In this document: in pieces, positions 28,796 to 39,037 of the stretch | Position numbering within the stretch: the stretch's first letter is position 1 | How the letters are laid out: every line of letters starts with the position of its first letter | Source of the DNA: an uncultured Acidobacteriota bacterium | Lineage (GTDB): Bacteria; Acidobacteriota; Blastocatellia; RBC074 | Assembly (NCBI GenBank): GCA_963796275.1 | Contig: CAWCKY010000006.1 | Location: 1,322,828 to 1,386,827, forward strand | DNA length: 64,000 nucleotides | Reading direction: 5' to 3' | Notes under the pieces: model-generated | Told to the model about the DNA's origin: nothing | Seen by the model: only the letters and a program-made list of their open reading frames with translations | Databases searched by the model: none | Program-made: the position numbers and the translations under genes

Positions 28796-29965
28796 ATGTT
28801 CGTCACCAATCTAGAATGCTCGAAAACCGGCAACACCTGCGAGCCGAACAGGCTCTATAATCTTTCGGATGCGGGATATCCGCTGCTCGTCCGCTATGAT
28901 CTTCGAGAAGCAGCGAAGACCCTCACGAAGAATAGCCTTAAGGGGCGTGTGGCATCGCTCTGGCGTTACCGTGAAGTCTTGCCGGTCGTCGATGATGGCA
29001 ACATAGTCACACTCGGTGAAGGCTGGACACCACTAGTTCACGCGCATCGACTCGGCGGGAGCTTGCGGATGCGCGAGCTCTACATCAAGGACGAATCGGT
29101 CAATCCGACAGGGGCATTCAAAGCTCGCGGTTTATGCCTGGCTGTTTCAATGGCCAGGGAGCTGGGAGTCAAGAAAGTTGCTATTCCTTCGGCGGGAAAC
29201 GCGGCAGGGGCGATGGCCGCTTATGCGGCGCGCGCGGGTATGGAGGCGCATATCTTCATGCCTCGGGACACGCCGGCGGCGAACCGCATCGAGTGCGTTG
29301 AAATGGGCGCTCACGTCACTCTGCTCGATGGTTTGATCACGGACTGCGGCGCGGAGGTAGCGCGGCGCAAAGGGGCCGAAGGATGGTTTGACGTATCGAC
29401 TCTCAAGGAGCCGTATAGGGTCGAGGGGAAAAAGACCCTGGGCTACGAGCTGGCCGAACAATTCGATTGGGAGCTGCCGGACGTCATTTTATATCCGACC
29501 GGAGGCGGAACGGGCCTCATCGGGATGTGGAAGGCCTTCGACGAGATGGAACAGATGGGCTGGATAGGCGGCGCACGGCCCGCGAATGGTAGACGGTGCA
29601 GGCGGATGGCTGCGCTCCCATCGTTCGCGCTTTTGAGAACGGCTGGGACGATGCGCCAGAGATTTGAAAACGCATCGACTGTCGCATCGGGACTCCGCGT
29701 TCCGCGCGCTATCGGAGATTTCATTATGCTCGAGATATTGCGAAAAAGCCGTGGCGGTGCGGTCGCCGTAACGGATGAGGAGATGATCGCGGCGGCGCGC
29801 GAGATCGGCTCCGCAGAAGGAATATTTTGTGCGCCTGAGGGAGCGGCGTGTCTGCCTGCGCTTCGGAAATTGGTAGATCGGGGAGAGGTTACAGAAGCGG
29901 AGCGCGTGGTGTTGTTCAATACCGGCGCCGGCATTAAATATCTGGAGGCTTTTTCCGGATCTTGA
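28796..29965 (+). CDS. thrC: threonine synthase with an internally frame-scrambled segment (29579-29657)
   Basis: It has the PLP lysine motif [10 protein letters not shown], plus GNAAGA and the C-terminal GLRVP..GDF...[10 protein letters not shown]. The expected [24 protein letters not shown] motif is encoded in the other two frames across 29582-29655. Confidence 0.85.
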   Translation: MFVTNLECSKTGNTCEPNRLYNLSDAGYPLLVRYDLREAAKTLTKNSLKGRVASLWRYREVLPVVDDGNIVTLGEGWTPLVHAHRLGGSLRMRELYIKDESVNPTGAFKARGLCLAVSMARELGVKKVAIPSAGNAAGAMAAYAARAGMEAHIFMPRDTPAANRIECVEMGAHVTLLDGLITDCGAEVARRKGAEGWFDVSTLKEPYRVEGKKTLGYELAEQFDWELPDVILYPTGGGTGLIGMWKAFDEMEQMGWIGGARPANGRRCRRMAALPSFALLRTAGTMRQRFENASTVASGLRVPRAIGDFIMLEILRKSRGGAVAVTDEEMIAAAREIGSAEGIFCAPEGAACLPALRKLVDRGEVTEAERVVLFNTGAGIKYLEAFSGS

Positions 29966-30208
29966 TGTAAAGACTGGCCACGAAGAAAACATTGTTACAA
30001 GTCCACGGAGCAAGGGGGAGAACCTCCCGGGATTGATACAGATGCGGGCATCGGTATTCCCAGGCTCCCGGCAATCTGTCTCCAGGGCTTCGCTTATACA
30101 ATTCGATTCCTGTGCCTCTGTGGCCAAAGGATTGCGGATTATTTACCTCTCTTGGCATAATGTCACTGCTCAATCCACTAGATTCAGGCAAGGAGGACCA
30201 TACCAAAA

Positions 30209-31664
30209 ATGAGGGACATCTATCGTCGATCAATGACTCGCCGTGAGTTGATCTTTCGTGCGGGAACTGGATTTGGCGGGCTCGCGCTTACTAGTTTACT
30301 CAGCGGTGATGGGCTGCTTGCGGCTTCACAGGGAGAAAGCGACGACTCGAAACAGCGCCGCATAAATCCGCTGGCTGCGAAGCAACCTCACTTCAAGGAG
30401 CGCGCGAAGTCGGTGATCTTTCTCTTTATGTACGGTGGGCCGAGCCATGTCCGACCTGCTCGACCCCAAACCGGAGCTCATACGCAATCATGGCAAACCG
30501 ATGACCGGGAAGGGGGAGATAGATGTTTTCTTCGGCAACCCCGGCAATTTGATGGCCTCGCCGTACAAGTTCAAAAAACACGGCGGGTGCGGCACTGAGG
30601 TCTCTGAGCTTTACCCCAACCTGGCTGAATGCGTCGACGATCTATGTCTGATTCGATCGCTCTACTCCACCAGCAATAACCATTCGCCCGCGATATTCCA
30701 CATGAATAGCGGCAATATGCGACCGGGGAATCCGAGCCTGGGTTCGTGGGTAACTTATGGGTTAGGCAGCTTCAACGACAACCTGCCGTCTTACATCGTC
30801 ATGTACGATTGGCGAGGAGGACCGATTGGAGGCGCGCCCAACTGGAGTTCGGGTTTCATGCCCGCCGCATTTCAGGGGACGGCGTTTCGTTCCGGCAGCG
30901 TTCCGATCGTCGATCTGAACCCGCCCAAATGGGTCGATCCGCATTTGCAACGCGCCCAGATCGATTTCGTTCAAAAACTGAACCAGGACCACTTGGAGAA
31001 ACACGCGGGAAATTCCGATCTCGATGCCCGCATCGCATCTTACGAACTCGCATTTCAGATGCAAACACACGCGCCGGAGGCTGTCGATATATCGAAAGAG
31101 TCGGAGGCCACCAAGAAGCTCTACGGGGTCGGCGAAAAGACGACCGATCACTTCGGACGCCAGTGTTTGATCGCTCGCCGGCTGGTCGAGCGCGGCGTGC
31201 GATTCATTCAACTATACAGCGGCGGCGGTCATCAGCAGGAATCCTGGGATGCGCATTACGGTCTGGACGAGAACCATCGGTTGCATTGCGCTGAGACAGA
31301 CAAGCCGATGGCTGGGTTGATCAAAGATTTGAAAGCACGAGGGTTGCTCGATTCGACTCTGGTTGTCTGGGGCGGAGAGTTCGGCCGCATGCCGATTTCC
31401 CAGTCGGCGATCGGACGCGATCACAATCCGCACGGGTTCACCATGTGGCTCACCGGCGGAGGGATCAAGGGCGGCCATGTGATCGGGGCGACCGATGAAT
31501 TCGGTTATAAGGCGGTCGTGGAACCATACTCGGTCCACGACATGCACGCGACGATTTTGCATGCTATGGGACTCGATCATCGAAAGCTGAATTATTACTA
31601 TGGCGGAAGAGATCAGCGCCTGACGAACTTCGGCGGGGACCCAATTCTCAAAGTATTCGCATAG
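30209..31664 (+). pseudogene. DUF1501 (sulfatase-like) protein split by a +1 insertion near 30451
   Basis: ORFs 30209..30598 (Tat signal, ...VIFLFMYGGPSHV) and 30435..31664 (DLLDPKPEL... to the C-terminus) join seamlessly if one C of the CC at 30451-52 is removed. Confidence 0.85.
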
Positions 31665-31687
31665 GAACCAAGTCATTTTCCGTTTTC

Positions 31688-31766
31688 CAATTGTCATTTT
31701 CCCATTGTCATTCACCGTTTGCCATTCCAATGACAAACGGTCAATGGCAATGGAAAATGGCAAATG
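31688..31766 (+). terminator. long (~36-bp stem) AT-rich hairpin built from GTCATTT/CCATTG-type units
   Basis: Base-by-base pairing of 31688-31726 with 31729-31766, with a CC loop at 31727-28 and about 4 mismatches or bulges. It lies between the DUF1501 stop (31664) and the likely start of the next gene, and covers ATG 31730 and ATG 31757. Confidence 0.6.
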
Positions 31767-32440
31767 ATATGAGAGCTCTTGATGATTCATTTTGGCATTG
31801 GAAGTTTGAGCCCGAGCAGATGGACAGGCTGTGGGCGCGTGGATGGCGCCATTTCGGCGCCTACTTCTTTCGCTATTCAATGGCGCTCCACTGGGGCGGG
31901 ATCAATACGGTCACGCCTCTGCGAGTCGATCTGGCGAATTTCTCGTTCACTCGCAGCCAGAAACGAATCATTGCGAAGAATCGTGATGTCGAGGTCGTCA
32001 TCCGCGAGACGTTCATAGACGAGACCAAGGAGAATCTGTTCCACCGCCATTGCAAGCGATTTAAAGACAATATCCCCGATTCAATCTACGATTTCCTCAC
32101 GGAAGAGCCGGCGACCGTCCCGTGCCGAAACCATGAGATCAGCGTTTATGATGGCGACGAACTGATCGCCGTAAGTTTTCTAGACGTGGGAAGCGAGGCC
32201 ACATCGGCCGTTTATGCGATGTTCGAGCCGTCGGTATCGCGGCGCAGTCCGGGGATTTTCACAATGCTCGAAGCTATCCGTTATTCGCGGGAGCTTGGCT
32301 GCCGTTACTACTATCCTGGCTATGCTTATCGCGAAACTTCTCTGTACGATTACAAAAAGAATTTTTCGGGGCTTGAATATTTGGATTGGGATGCTGGCTG
32401 GCAACAATATACGAAAGATAATGGCTATAAACATCTATGA
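31757..32440 (+). CDS. arginyl/leucyl-tRNA--protein transferase-like protein (ATE_C/Bpt family)
   Basis: The WARGWRHFGAYFFRYS motif and the C-terminal YYYPGYAY...YK..F are typical of ATE/Bpt. The track start at 31691 (TTG) lies inside the hairpin, so ATG 31757 or 31769 is more plausible. Confidence 0.7.
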   Translation: MANDMRALDDSFWHWKFEPEQMDRLWARGWRHFGAYFFRYSMALHWGGINTVTPLRVDLANFSFTRSQKRIIAKNRDVEVVIRETFIDETKENLFHRHCKRFKDNIPDSIYDFLTEEPATVPCRNHEISVYDGDELIAVSFLDVGSEATSAVYAMFEPSVSRRSPGIFTMLEAIRYSRELGCRYYYPGYAYRETSLYDYKKNFSGLEYLDWDAGWQQYTKDNGYKHL

Positions 32441-33426
32441 AAAAATTGCGTTGGGGCATTTTAAGCACATCAAATTTCGCACTCACTAAAATCATACCCG
32501 CTCTCAAAAACTGCAAACACGCTGAAGTTACGGCAATTGCATCGCGCGAACTGCAAAAGGCGAAGAGAGTTGCGCAGGAGCAGGGAATAGCCAGGGCTTA
32601 CGGGTCATATGAAGAGCTGCTGGCCGATCCTGAAATCGAGGTGATTTATAATCCCTTGCCGAATCACATGCACGTCCCCTGGTCGATCAAGGCGATTGCA
32701 GCCGGCAAGCACGTGCTGTGCGAAAAACCGATCGCATTGAGTTCCGCGGAAGCGCAATTGCTGCTTAATGAAGCGAAGTTGCACTCCAGCCGAAAAGTGA
32801 TGGAGGCTTTCATGTATCGCCATCACCCGCAATGGCAGCGTGCGAAGCAGATAGTTCGGGAAGGTAAGATCGGCGAGTTGAAAACGATCCAGTCATTCTT
32901 CTCATACTTCAATACCAACGCGGACAACATTCGGAATATTGCCGATGTGGGCGGCGGCGGGATGATGGATATCGGCTGCTACAACGTCTCGCTTTCGCGA
33001 TTTATCTTCGATGCCGAGCCGCAGCGCGTGCTGGGATTGCTGGAATACGATCCAGAGTTCAAGACCGACCGCATAGCCTCAGGCATTTTGGATTTCGGGC
33101 GAGGTACTTCTACATTCACCTGCTCGACTCAGCTATCGCCATATCAGAGAGTCAACATCTTCGGCACTGAAGGCCGCGTCGAGATCGAGATACCTTTCAA
33201 TGCTCCGCCCGATCGACCGTGCCGCATCTGGCATAAATATGGTAATGAGATTGATGAGATAGGGTTTGCAGTCTGCGATCAATATACGATCGAGGGCGAT
33301 CTATTCTCCCAGGCAGTGATGAACGATACCCCGGTGCCCACGCCGCTCGAAGATGCGGTGGCCAATATGAGAGTGATCGAAGCGATATTCGAGAGCGGCA
33401 AAAAAGGAGCGTTTCTGCCTCTTTGA
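32437..33426 (+). CDS. Gfo/Idh/MocA family oxidoreductase
   Basis: It has the N-terminal Rossmann motif LRWGILSTSNFA and EKP (CEKPIALS). 329 aa. There is a 4-nt overlap with the upstream gene. Confidence 0.85.
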   Translation: MKKLRWGILSTSNFALTKIIPALKNCKHAEVTAIASRELQKAKRVAQEQGIARAYGSYEELLADPEIEVIYNPLPNHMHVPWSIKAIAAGKHVLCEKPIALSSAEAQLLLNEAKLHSSRKVMEAFMYRHHPQWQRAKQIVREGKIGELKTIQSFFSYFNTNADNIRNIADVGGGGMMDIGCYNVSLSRFIFDAEPQRVLGLLEYDPEFKTDRIASGILDFGRGTSTFTCSTQLSPYQRVNIFGTEGRVEIEIPFNAPPDRPCRIWHKYGNEIDEIGFAVCDQYTIEGDLFSQAVMNDTPVPTPLEDAVANMRVIEAIFESGKKGAFLPL

Positions 33427-33558
33427 AGGCTAATGGAAGACCGAGCGACCGGGCGAGAAATTCGCTCGTCGCCTTATGGTTCTGCCTTTTGCGTGCCGAG
33501 TATCCCACATCCTGCTTTATCGGTTCTGTTACACGTACTCTAGCGAAAAGGGAATTCA

Positions 33559-33590
33559 CCACAAAGGTCACAAAATTGTGACCTTTGTGG
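33559..33590. terminator. perfect palindromic hairpin between convergent genes
   Basis: CCACAAAGGTCACA aaat TGTGACCTTTGTGG. Confidence 0.7.
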
Positions 33591-33611
33591 CTACTCTTCT
33601 TCTTGAAATTC

Positions 33612-36600
33612 TCAGAAGAGGAACTTCAGTGCAAACTGAATTGTTCTAGCCCCTTGTGAGGTCGTGATAAGCCCCAGTGCGGGCCCCAGACCCGCGGTCG
33701 GTGAATTGAGTATTGGCGTGTTTGTGAAGTTGATGAACTCGCTTCTGAATTCCAGACGTTTAGCCTCAGTGATAGGGAAGAACTTCTGGAAGCTCAGATC
33801 GATAGTGCTCATACCTGGCCCACGGACCGTCCCAACTCCGCACGTTCCGAACGACGCCGGAGCGGCCGGGCCATATGCGGTCGGATCAAACCACTGATAA
33901 CCCTGAAAACCGGGGCCACTCCGCTTCCCAAAAACTTCGCCCGGGGCAATACAGTTGGCGCGGCTGCCCCGAGAATTGGTCCCCGAAGCGTCGCCTCCCG
34001 AGATCGTCAGCGGGAATCCGGTGCGAGCCTGAAAGATGCCGCTGACCTGCCAGTTAGCGATAACCGCATTAGCTACCGCGTTCAGACTGTCCCCATACTT
34101 CTTGCCGCGTCCGACCGGAAGTTCGTAAACGGCATATGCGCTCACCATATTCGTGGAGTCGAAGAACGTCGGCCCCCACTCCGCCCTGCCATTAAAAACG
34201 TTTTGCCAGTAGGGCGAGGACGGAGTCGTCTGCCCTGCCGAACCGTAGTAGCCGATCGAGTTGGTCATCGCCTTCGAGAAAGTATAGGCCACCTGGAATT
34301 GCAGGCCGGCGCTATATCGTTTCTGCAGCGTGGCCTGCAATGCATCGTAACGCTGGTTGCCGTTCGATTCCGTTCCGGAAATCTGCCCGATGCTCGCCAG
34401 CTCTGGATTGCCTGACAGGTAGGGACTCGGAGCGGTTATCGGTGTTCCGGCAGCATTGCTGCCCAGCAGTTGGCGCTGGAAATACGGCATAGGAACCATG
34501 AGGTGCGTACCGTGTTGACCGACATATCCCACCTGGAGCGTCATATCCTTGGCGAATTGATGCTGCACGGACAGGTTCCATTGCTGCACCACGGCCGGTC
34601 TGACATTCGGGTCCCACAATCGAATGACCGCGCCGGAAAACGGGTCGGACGGAGATTGCAGGACTGTCAGCCCCTGATCCGTGGTTGAACCCGGCAACGC
34701 GCCCGTGTAGTTGGTGTTGAACTCGGTGGTGAACGGCGGATTGAGCGGCAGGCGCAGGTTAGTGCCTGTTCCTTCGAAATAGGAGGAGATCGTATAGGCT
34801 CCGCGGATCACGGTATTACTCCCCAGAGCATCGGGGGTCCAGGCGAATCCGATGCGCGGCTGGAAGTTTCCTATCGATGTGTAGGTGTGGTTGTACAGGG
34901 CACGGTTGTTGTCGTAGATGGTGGCAGGTGTGGTGCAACCCAGATCTGGTCTGCCTTCACCCGCACACTGCACAGCGCCGCTGATCGGAGCGAAGTTGAC
35001 CTGACGATCAAACACCTCGACCCAAGGCGTGTATGCTTCGTACCGCATCCCGAGATTGAGGGTCAGCGATTTTGTCGCCCTCCAGTCGTCATGGAAGTAT
35101 GCGCCGAAGACGTTCGAGCGATGTCCCCAGCTTCCCGTATCGACGCCGCGTCCGAGCGTGTCGGGCAATCCCAGAATGAAGTCTGCTTCGCCCCTGCCGG
35201 CAGTGTTGCCGGCAACATCGAGCGGGTCGGGTCCTGCCGTGAATCGACCGGAGTAGATCATCCGTCCCGTGCGCCCGTTGTTGCCTGCATAGAAGGTGTT
35301 CAGGCGGTTCCTCTTGTACTGGAAGCCGGTATGGAAGATATGCTGACCGTGAGTGATGATCAGCGAATCCTCGAACTGAATCACCGTATTAGCGAAAAGC
35401 TGCTGATCACCGATGTTGAGACTGCCGATATTCGTGGCTCGCGCCGCGGTGAATTCAAGGGAGAGAAGCCCGGGGCCGCGATCATTGCCGTCCGCGATGC
35501 CCAGCTGATCAGCGACATTACCCAATCCGTTGTCGGTCCCGCCATTATTGACCAGCGTATAGTTAATGCCAAACCTGGCCTCGTTGACCACTCTCGGATT
35601 GATCGTCCGCGTCCAGTTGGCGACGCCATTGCGAGAGGGAGCGAGGAAGAAAGTGTCAAATATGAGCGGGAACGTATTGTTCCCGTTGGTTTCCTGGCGG
35701 CTCTGCGAATATCGCCCGAAGATGTGGTCCTTCTGTGACAGATTGTAATCGATCTTGATATCACCCTGATCGGTGGAAGTGGAAGTCCGCACAGTATTGG
35801 ATTGATTCAGCTCGAGTTGATCGTTGATCGGCGCCGGATAGAGGCTCGGATTATTGAACAGATTCTGTGCCACCGGATCGATCATCCCCGCCGGGATTCG
35901 ATTAAATGCAAAAGGTACGCGGTCGCCGCTGGCGTCGGTTTGAAACGGGTTGTAAAGCTGCGTACCCATGCCGGGCTGGCAAACTCCGGCTGCATCGAAT
36001 GCAGTACAGATCGCCGAGAAATCGCCCTGCCGTTGGGCATTGGTGAAGACGGTGATCGCTGTAGGCGCGGGGGAGATGTTTCGCAGTCCCTGATAGTCGG
36101 CGAAGAAGAAGAGCCGGTCCTTGATGATCGGGCCGCCGATGCTTCCGCCGAACTGATTCCAGCGCTGCGTTGGCTTATCCAATCCTGAGAAGTTGTTGCT
36201 CCAACTGTTGGCGTTCAAAACGTCGTTGCGGAAAAACTCGAAGGCGCTGCCGTGAAATTCGTTAGTCCCCGACTTGATCGTCACGCTGATGATGCCGCCC
36301 TGGAAGTTTCCGAACTCCGCTGAAGCATTGTTGGTGATCAGATTGAACTCCTGAATAGCGTCCGGACTCGGCGTATAACCTACCAGGTTATCGGAAACCT
36401 GGTTATTGTCCATGCCATCCAGTATGAAGTTATTGGCCTGCTCGCGATTTCCGTTGATGTAGGGTCGACCGCTGTTGGCCGATGTCTGCGCGCCGGTCAG
36501 CGTCATTGGATTCGGGTTGACGCTGCCGGGTGCCAGGAGGGTCAACTGGATATAGTTTCTTGATGCCAGCGGCAGCGTGACATTGGTTCTGGAATCGATC

Positions 36601-37058
36601 ACGGTTCCCAGCTGCGTCGTTTCGGTTTGAAGCAGAGGTGCAATCGCGCCGATGACCTCCGTGGTCTGAGTGTATTCGCCGACCTCCATTTTGAAATCCA
36701 GCCGTGCCGTCTGGTTGATCTCCAGCTGAACGCCGGGACGAACTAACGTTCGGAACCCCTGGTTTTCGATCCGTATTTCATAACTGGCTACCGGTAAACG
36801 CGGCAGATTAAAGACTCCTTCAGAGTTGGTTTCGGTTGCCCATACAGTACCGCGCGCTTCATCTTTTGCGATCACCTTGGCTTTGATAATCGGAGCATCG
36901 TTTTGATCCGTGACTCTGCCCAGAAGAGCGGCAGTGACCTGCTGACTCAGGGCTGGAATGGGAGCTATGATCAGGATTGCAATGAGCGCGAGAAAAACCC
37001 TGATTTGCTCACTTCGGTTCTTCATCGTTTCTCCTCTCGAATTCGTGGATAGTGACAA
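33612..37058 (-). CDS. TonB-dependent receptor with a CarboxypepD_reg domain (paralogue type of 19081..22785)
   Basis: 1148 aa. A signal peptide follows the probable start at ATG 37025. It has the LLGRVTDQNDAPIIKAKV...ASYEIRIENQGF motif, a plug region, and a beta-barrel ending in ...LKFLF. Confidence 0.85.
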   Translation of the reverse strand: MSLSTNSRGETMKNRSEQIRVFLALIAILIIAPIPALSQQVTAALLGRVTDQNDAPIIKAKVIAKDEARGTVWATETNSEGVFNLPRLPVASYEIRIENQGFRTLVRPGVQLEINQTARLDFKMEVGEYTQTTEVIGAIAPLLQTETTQLGTVIDSRTNVTLPLASRNYIQLTLLAPGSVNPNPMTLTGAQTSANSGRPYINGNREQANNFILDGMDNNQVSDNLVGYTPSPDAIQEFNLITNNASAEFGNFQGGIISVTIKSGTNEFHGSAFEFFRNDVLNANSWSNNFSGLDKPTQRWNQFGGSIGGPIIKDRLFFFADYQGLRNISPAPTAITVFTNAQRQGDFSAICTAFDAAGVCQPGMGTQLYNPFQTDASGDRVPFAFNRIPAGMIDPVAQNLFNNPSLYPAPINDQLELNQSNTVRTSTSTDQGDIKIDYNLSQKDHIFGRYSQSRQETNGNNTFPLIFDTFFLAPSRNGVANWTRTINPRVVNEARFGINYTLVNNGGTDNGLGNVADQLGIADGNDRGPGLLSLEFTAARATNIGSLNIGDQQLFANTVIQFEDSLIITHGQHIFHTGFQYKRNRLNTFYAGNNGRTGRMIYSGRFTAGPDPLDVAGNTAGRGEADFILGLPDTLGRGVDTGSWGHRSNVFGAYFHDDWRATKSLTLNLGMRYEAYTPWVEVFDRQVNFAPISGAVQCAGEGRPDLGCTTPATIYDNNRALYNHTYTSIGNFQPRIGFAWTPDALGSNTVIRGAYTISSYFEGTGTNLRLPLNPPFTTEFNTNYTGALPGSTTDQGLTVLQSPSDPFSGAVIRLWDPNVRPAVVQQWNLSVQHQFAKDMTLQVGYVGQHGTHLMVPMPYFQRQLLGSNAAGTPITAPSPYLSGNPELASIGQISGTESNGNQRYDALQATLQKRYSAGLQFQVAYTFSKAMTNSIGYYGSAGQTTPSSPYWQNVFNGRAEWGPTFFDSTNMVSAYAVYELPVGRGKKYGDSLNAVANAVIANWQVSGIFQARTGFPLTISGGDASGTNSRGSRANCIAPGEVFGKRSGPGFQGYQWFDPTAYGPAAPASFGTCGVGTVRGPGMSTIDLSFQKFFPITEAKRLEFRSEFINFTNTPILNSPTAGLGPALGLITTSQGARTIQFALKFLF

Positions 37059-37588
37059 AATCCGAGCACATTATTGGTCCTTCGGTTTCACCCGCAGACC
37101 GATCCCGCAGACCGATCGCGATGCGATGGATACACGCGGAGCAAATTCCGCGGTCATCCGTCACTTCTCAGTCGATCTGCGGTGACATTTTTTTCAAAGT
37201 TCAAGGGCTCGATTTTGGTTTGATTTTTATCTCTTTACTGCTTCCTACCATCCCAGCATAGCCAGCCTTCTCAAAATGAGAGTAATAATAATTAGGATTG
37301 TTTTCGGCCAGTTTCGTTCTTGATCGAAAATCGGAGACTGGAAAAATGCCACGGGGGAGTAGCGAGAAATTGTTTATTTCTGGAGTCCCACCGCTTCCCC
37401 GTGGTGAATCTGCTCCAAATTTCTGCTTTTCGATTTAGACATCCTATTAGAGTCGGGTCAATGCTATTACTGTAAATTAACAAGTTAATGGGTGCCATTA
37501 ACATGTTTGTTTTTGAGAGATTTAGGGATTGCAGATGCCTTGCCTGTTGACGAATTTGTAAGGATAATGAGTTGGGGTCATTCTTGAT

Positions 37589-38938
37589 ATGGCTGTTCAA
37601 TCGACAAAACATGCGCTCGAAATAATGAATGAGGACGAGGTTCGCCAGACCCTGGAAAGGGTTCTGAATAGTAAATATTTCGTGCATGCGCATAAGAAGA
37701 GACAATTTTTAAACATTGTCAGTAATTTCTATCTGAATGGACGTGCTCACGAGCTCAATGAATACGTGCTCGCATATGATGTCTTCGGACGAGACAACAC
37801 ATACAATCCTTCAGCTGATCCGATAGTTCGAGTTGTTGCTCACGAAATCCGCAAAAAGTTGGAGAGTTATTATCAGAATGAAGGCGCGGGAGACGATATT
37901 CGGATGGAACTTCCGGCGGGCAGCTACCAACCGGTCTTTTCCCGCCAGCAACTTCCGCCGGCAGACGAGATAAAAAACGTCTCGATACCGGTCGAAACAA
38001 CGATACAAACGTCGCCCGACCGCCAGCCTATGAATCTCGGGATAATCGTCCTGTCCTTTGTTTGTCTGGCTCTGGCGGCAACGGTAATCGTCCTCGCACT
38101 GGTGAACCGAGCGCTCAGAGCGAAACCGGCTGCTACCCGTAATGCCTCCGTCTATGGTGTTGTCTGGGAGAGTTTTCTGACTGATGCGACTCCGCCCGTG
38201 GTCGTTCTGAGCAATCCATTGGTACCGCGCCTTTCCAATGCGCACGAGCCGGAAATACTCCTCAAAGAGTCAGTGCCGCTTTCGCCAGGGGCGATCAAGG
38301 CGTTAAAGGATAAGCTGATCACCAATCCGCAGACGCTCGTCGGTGAATCGAGGGTTAAATTTCAAAATAACACCAGACTGATTATCAGCAACCATAATCT
38401 TACGGGCCTGGGCGAAGCCATCGGGCTTCATTACCTGACCAATTTTTTCCGTGATGTGAATCGAGAGATCGCCCTCAAACAGAGCCGCACGCTCAGCGCG
38501 GAAGACCTGAAGAATCGCAATGTCATAATGCTGGGGGGCGCGTGGGTGAATGATTGGTCGGGTAAGCTTCCGGATGATGAGGATTTCGCTTACAGCGTAA
38601 ACGCCACTATTTTGAATCGGAACCCGCAACCGGGCGAGGAGCGTGAATATGTTCCCCAGTTTGACAGCCGCACTGGAGGGCTTCTGACCGACTACGCTCT
38701 CATTACTATCAAACCGAACCTGACAGCGGCCAATAAGGTCATGGTGCTCTCGGGGATTTATAGTCAGGGTACGGAAGCCGCTGTCGAGTTTGTCACCGTC
38801 AGGAACTTCTTGAAGCAGATCAATCAGCGGCTCGAACAGTCTAAGATGTCGGATCATTTTCAGGCTCTACTCAAGGTAGGTGTAGAGAATGGAATACCGA
38901 CTACCATCTCGATCCTCGCGCTTCATAAATTACCATAG
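37589..38938 (+). CDS. membrane-anchored protein with a cytoplasmic regulator-like N-domain, one TM helix and a ~270-aa periplasmic domain
   Basis: The N-terminal ~115 aa end in IVRVVAHEIRKKLESYYQNEG..DIRMELPAGSYQPVF, followed by the TM helix LGIIVLSFVCLALAATVIVLALV. I recognised no enzymatic motif. Confidence 0.6.
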   Translation: MAVQSTKHALEIMNEDEVRQTLERVLNSKYFVHAHKKRQFLNIVSNFYLNGRAHELNEYVLAYDVFGRDNTYNPSADPIVRVVAHEIRKKLESYYQNEGAGDDIRMELPAGSYQPVFSRQQLPPADEIKNVSIPVETTIQTSPDRQPMNLGIIVLSFVCLALAATVIVLALVNRALRAKPAATRNASVYGVVWESFLTDATPPVVVLSNPLVPRLSNAHEPEILLKESVPLSPGAIKALKDKLITNPQTLVGESRVKFQNNTRLIISNHNLTGLGEAIGLHYLTNFFRDVNREIALKQSRTLSAEDLKNRNVIMLGGAWVNDWSGKLPDDEDFAYSVNATILNRNPQPGEEREYVPQFDSRTGGLLTDYALITIKPNLTAANKVMVLSGIYSQGTEAAVEFVTVRNFLKQINQRLEQSKMSDHFQALLKVGVENGIPTTISILALHKLP

Positions 38939-39037
38939 CGTGTACTCTTCCTTCAGCCGTCGTACAAAAGGGGTTTCGCGGCTGTTCTCATGCGCTTCAA
39001 GAAGCATTTAAAATTCGCGCTCCGGCAGCATGCAGAT

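Noticed and set aside
34887-35738. A 283-aa plus-strand ORF inside the TonB-dependent receptor gene. There are similar cases at 21502..22059 and 35802..36188.
   Set aside because: These are shadow ORFs opposite a gene with an unambiguous receptor signature. Long antisense frames are common in GC-rich coding sequence.
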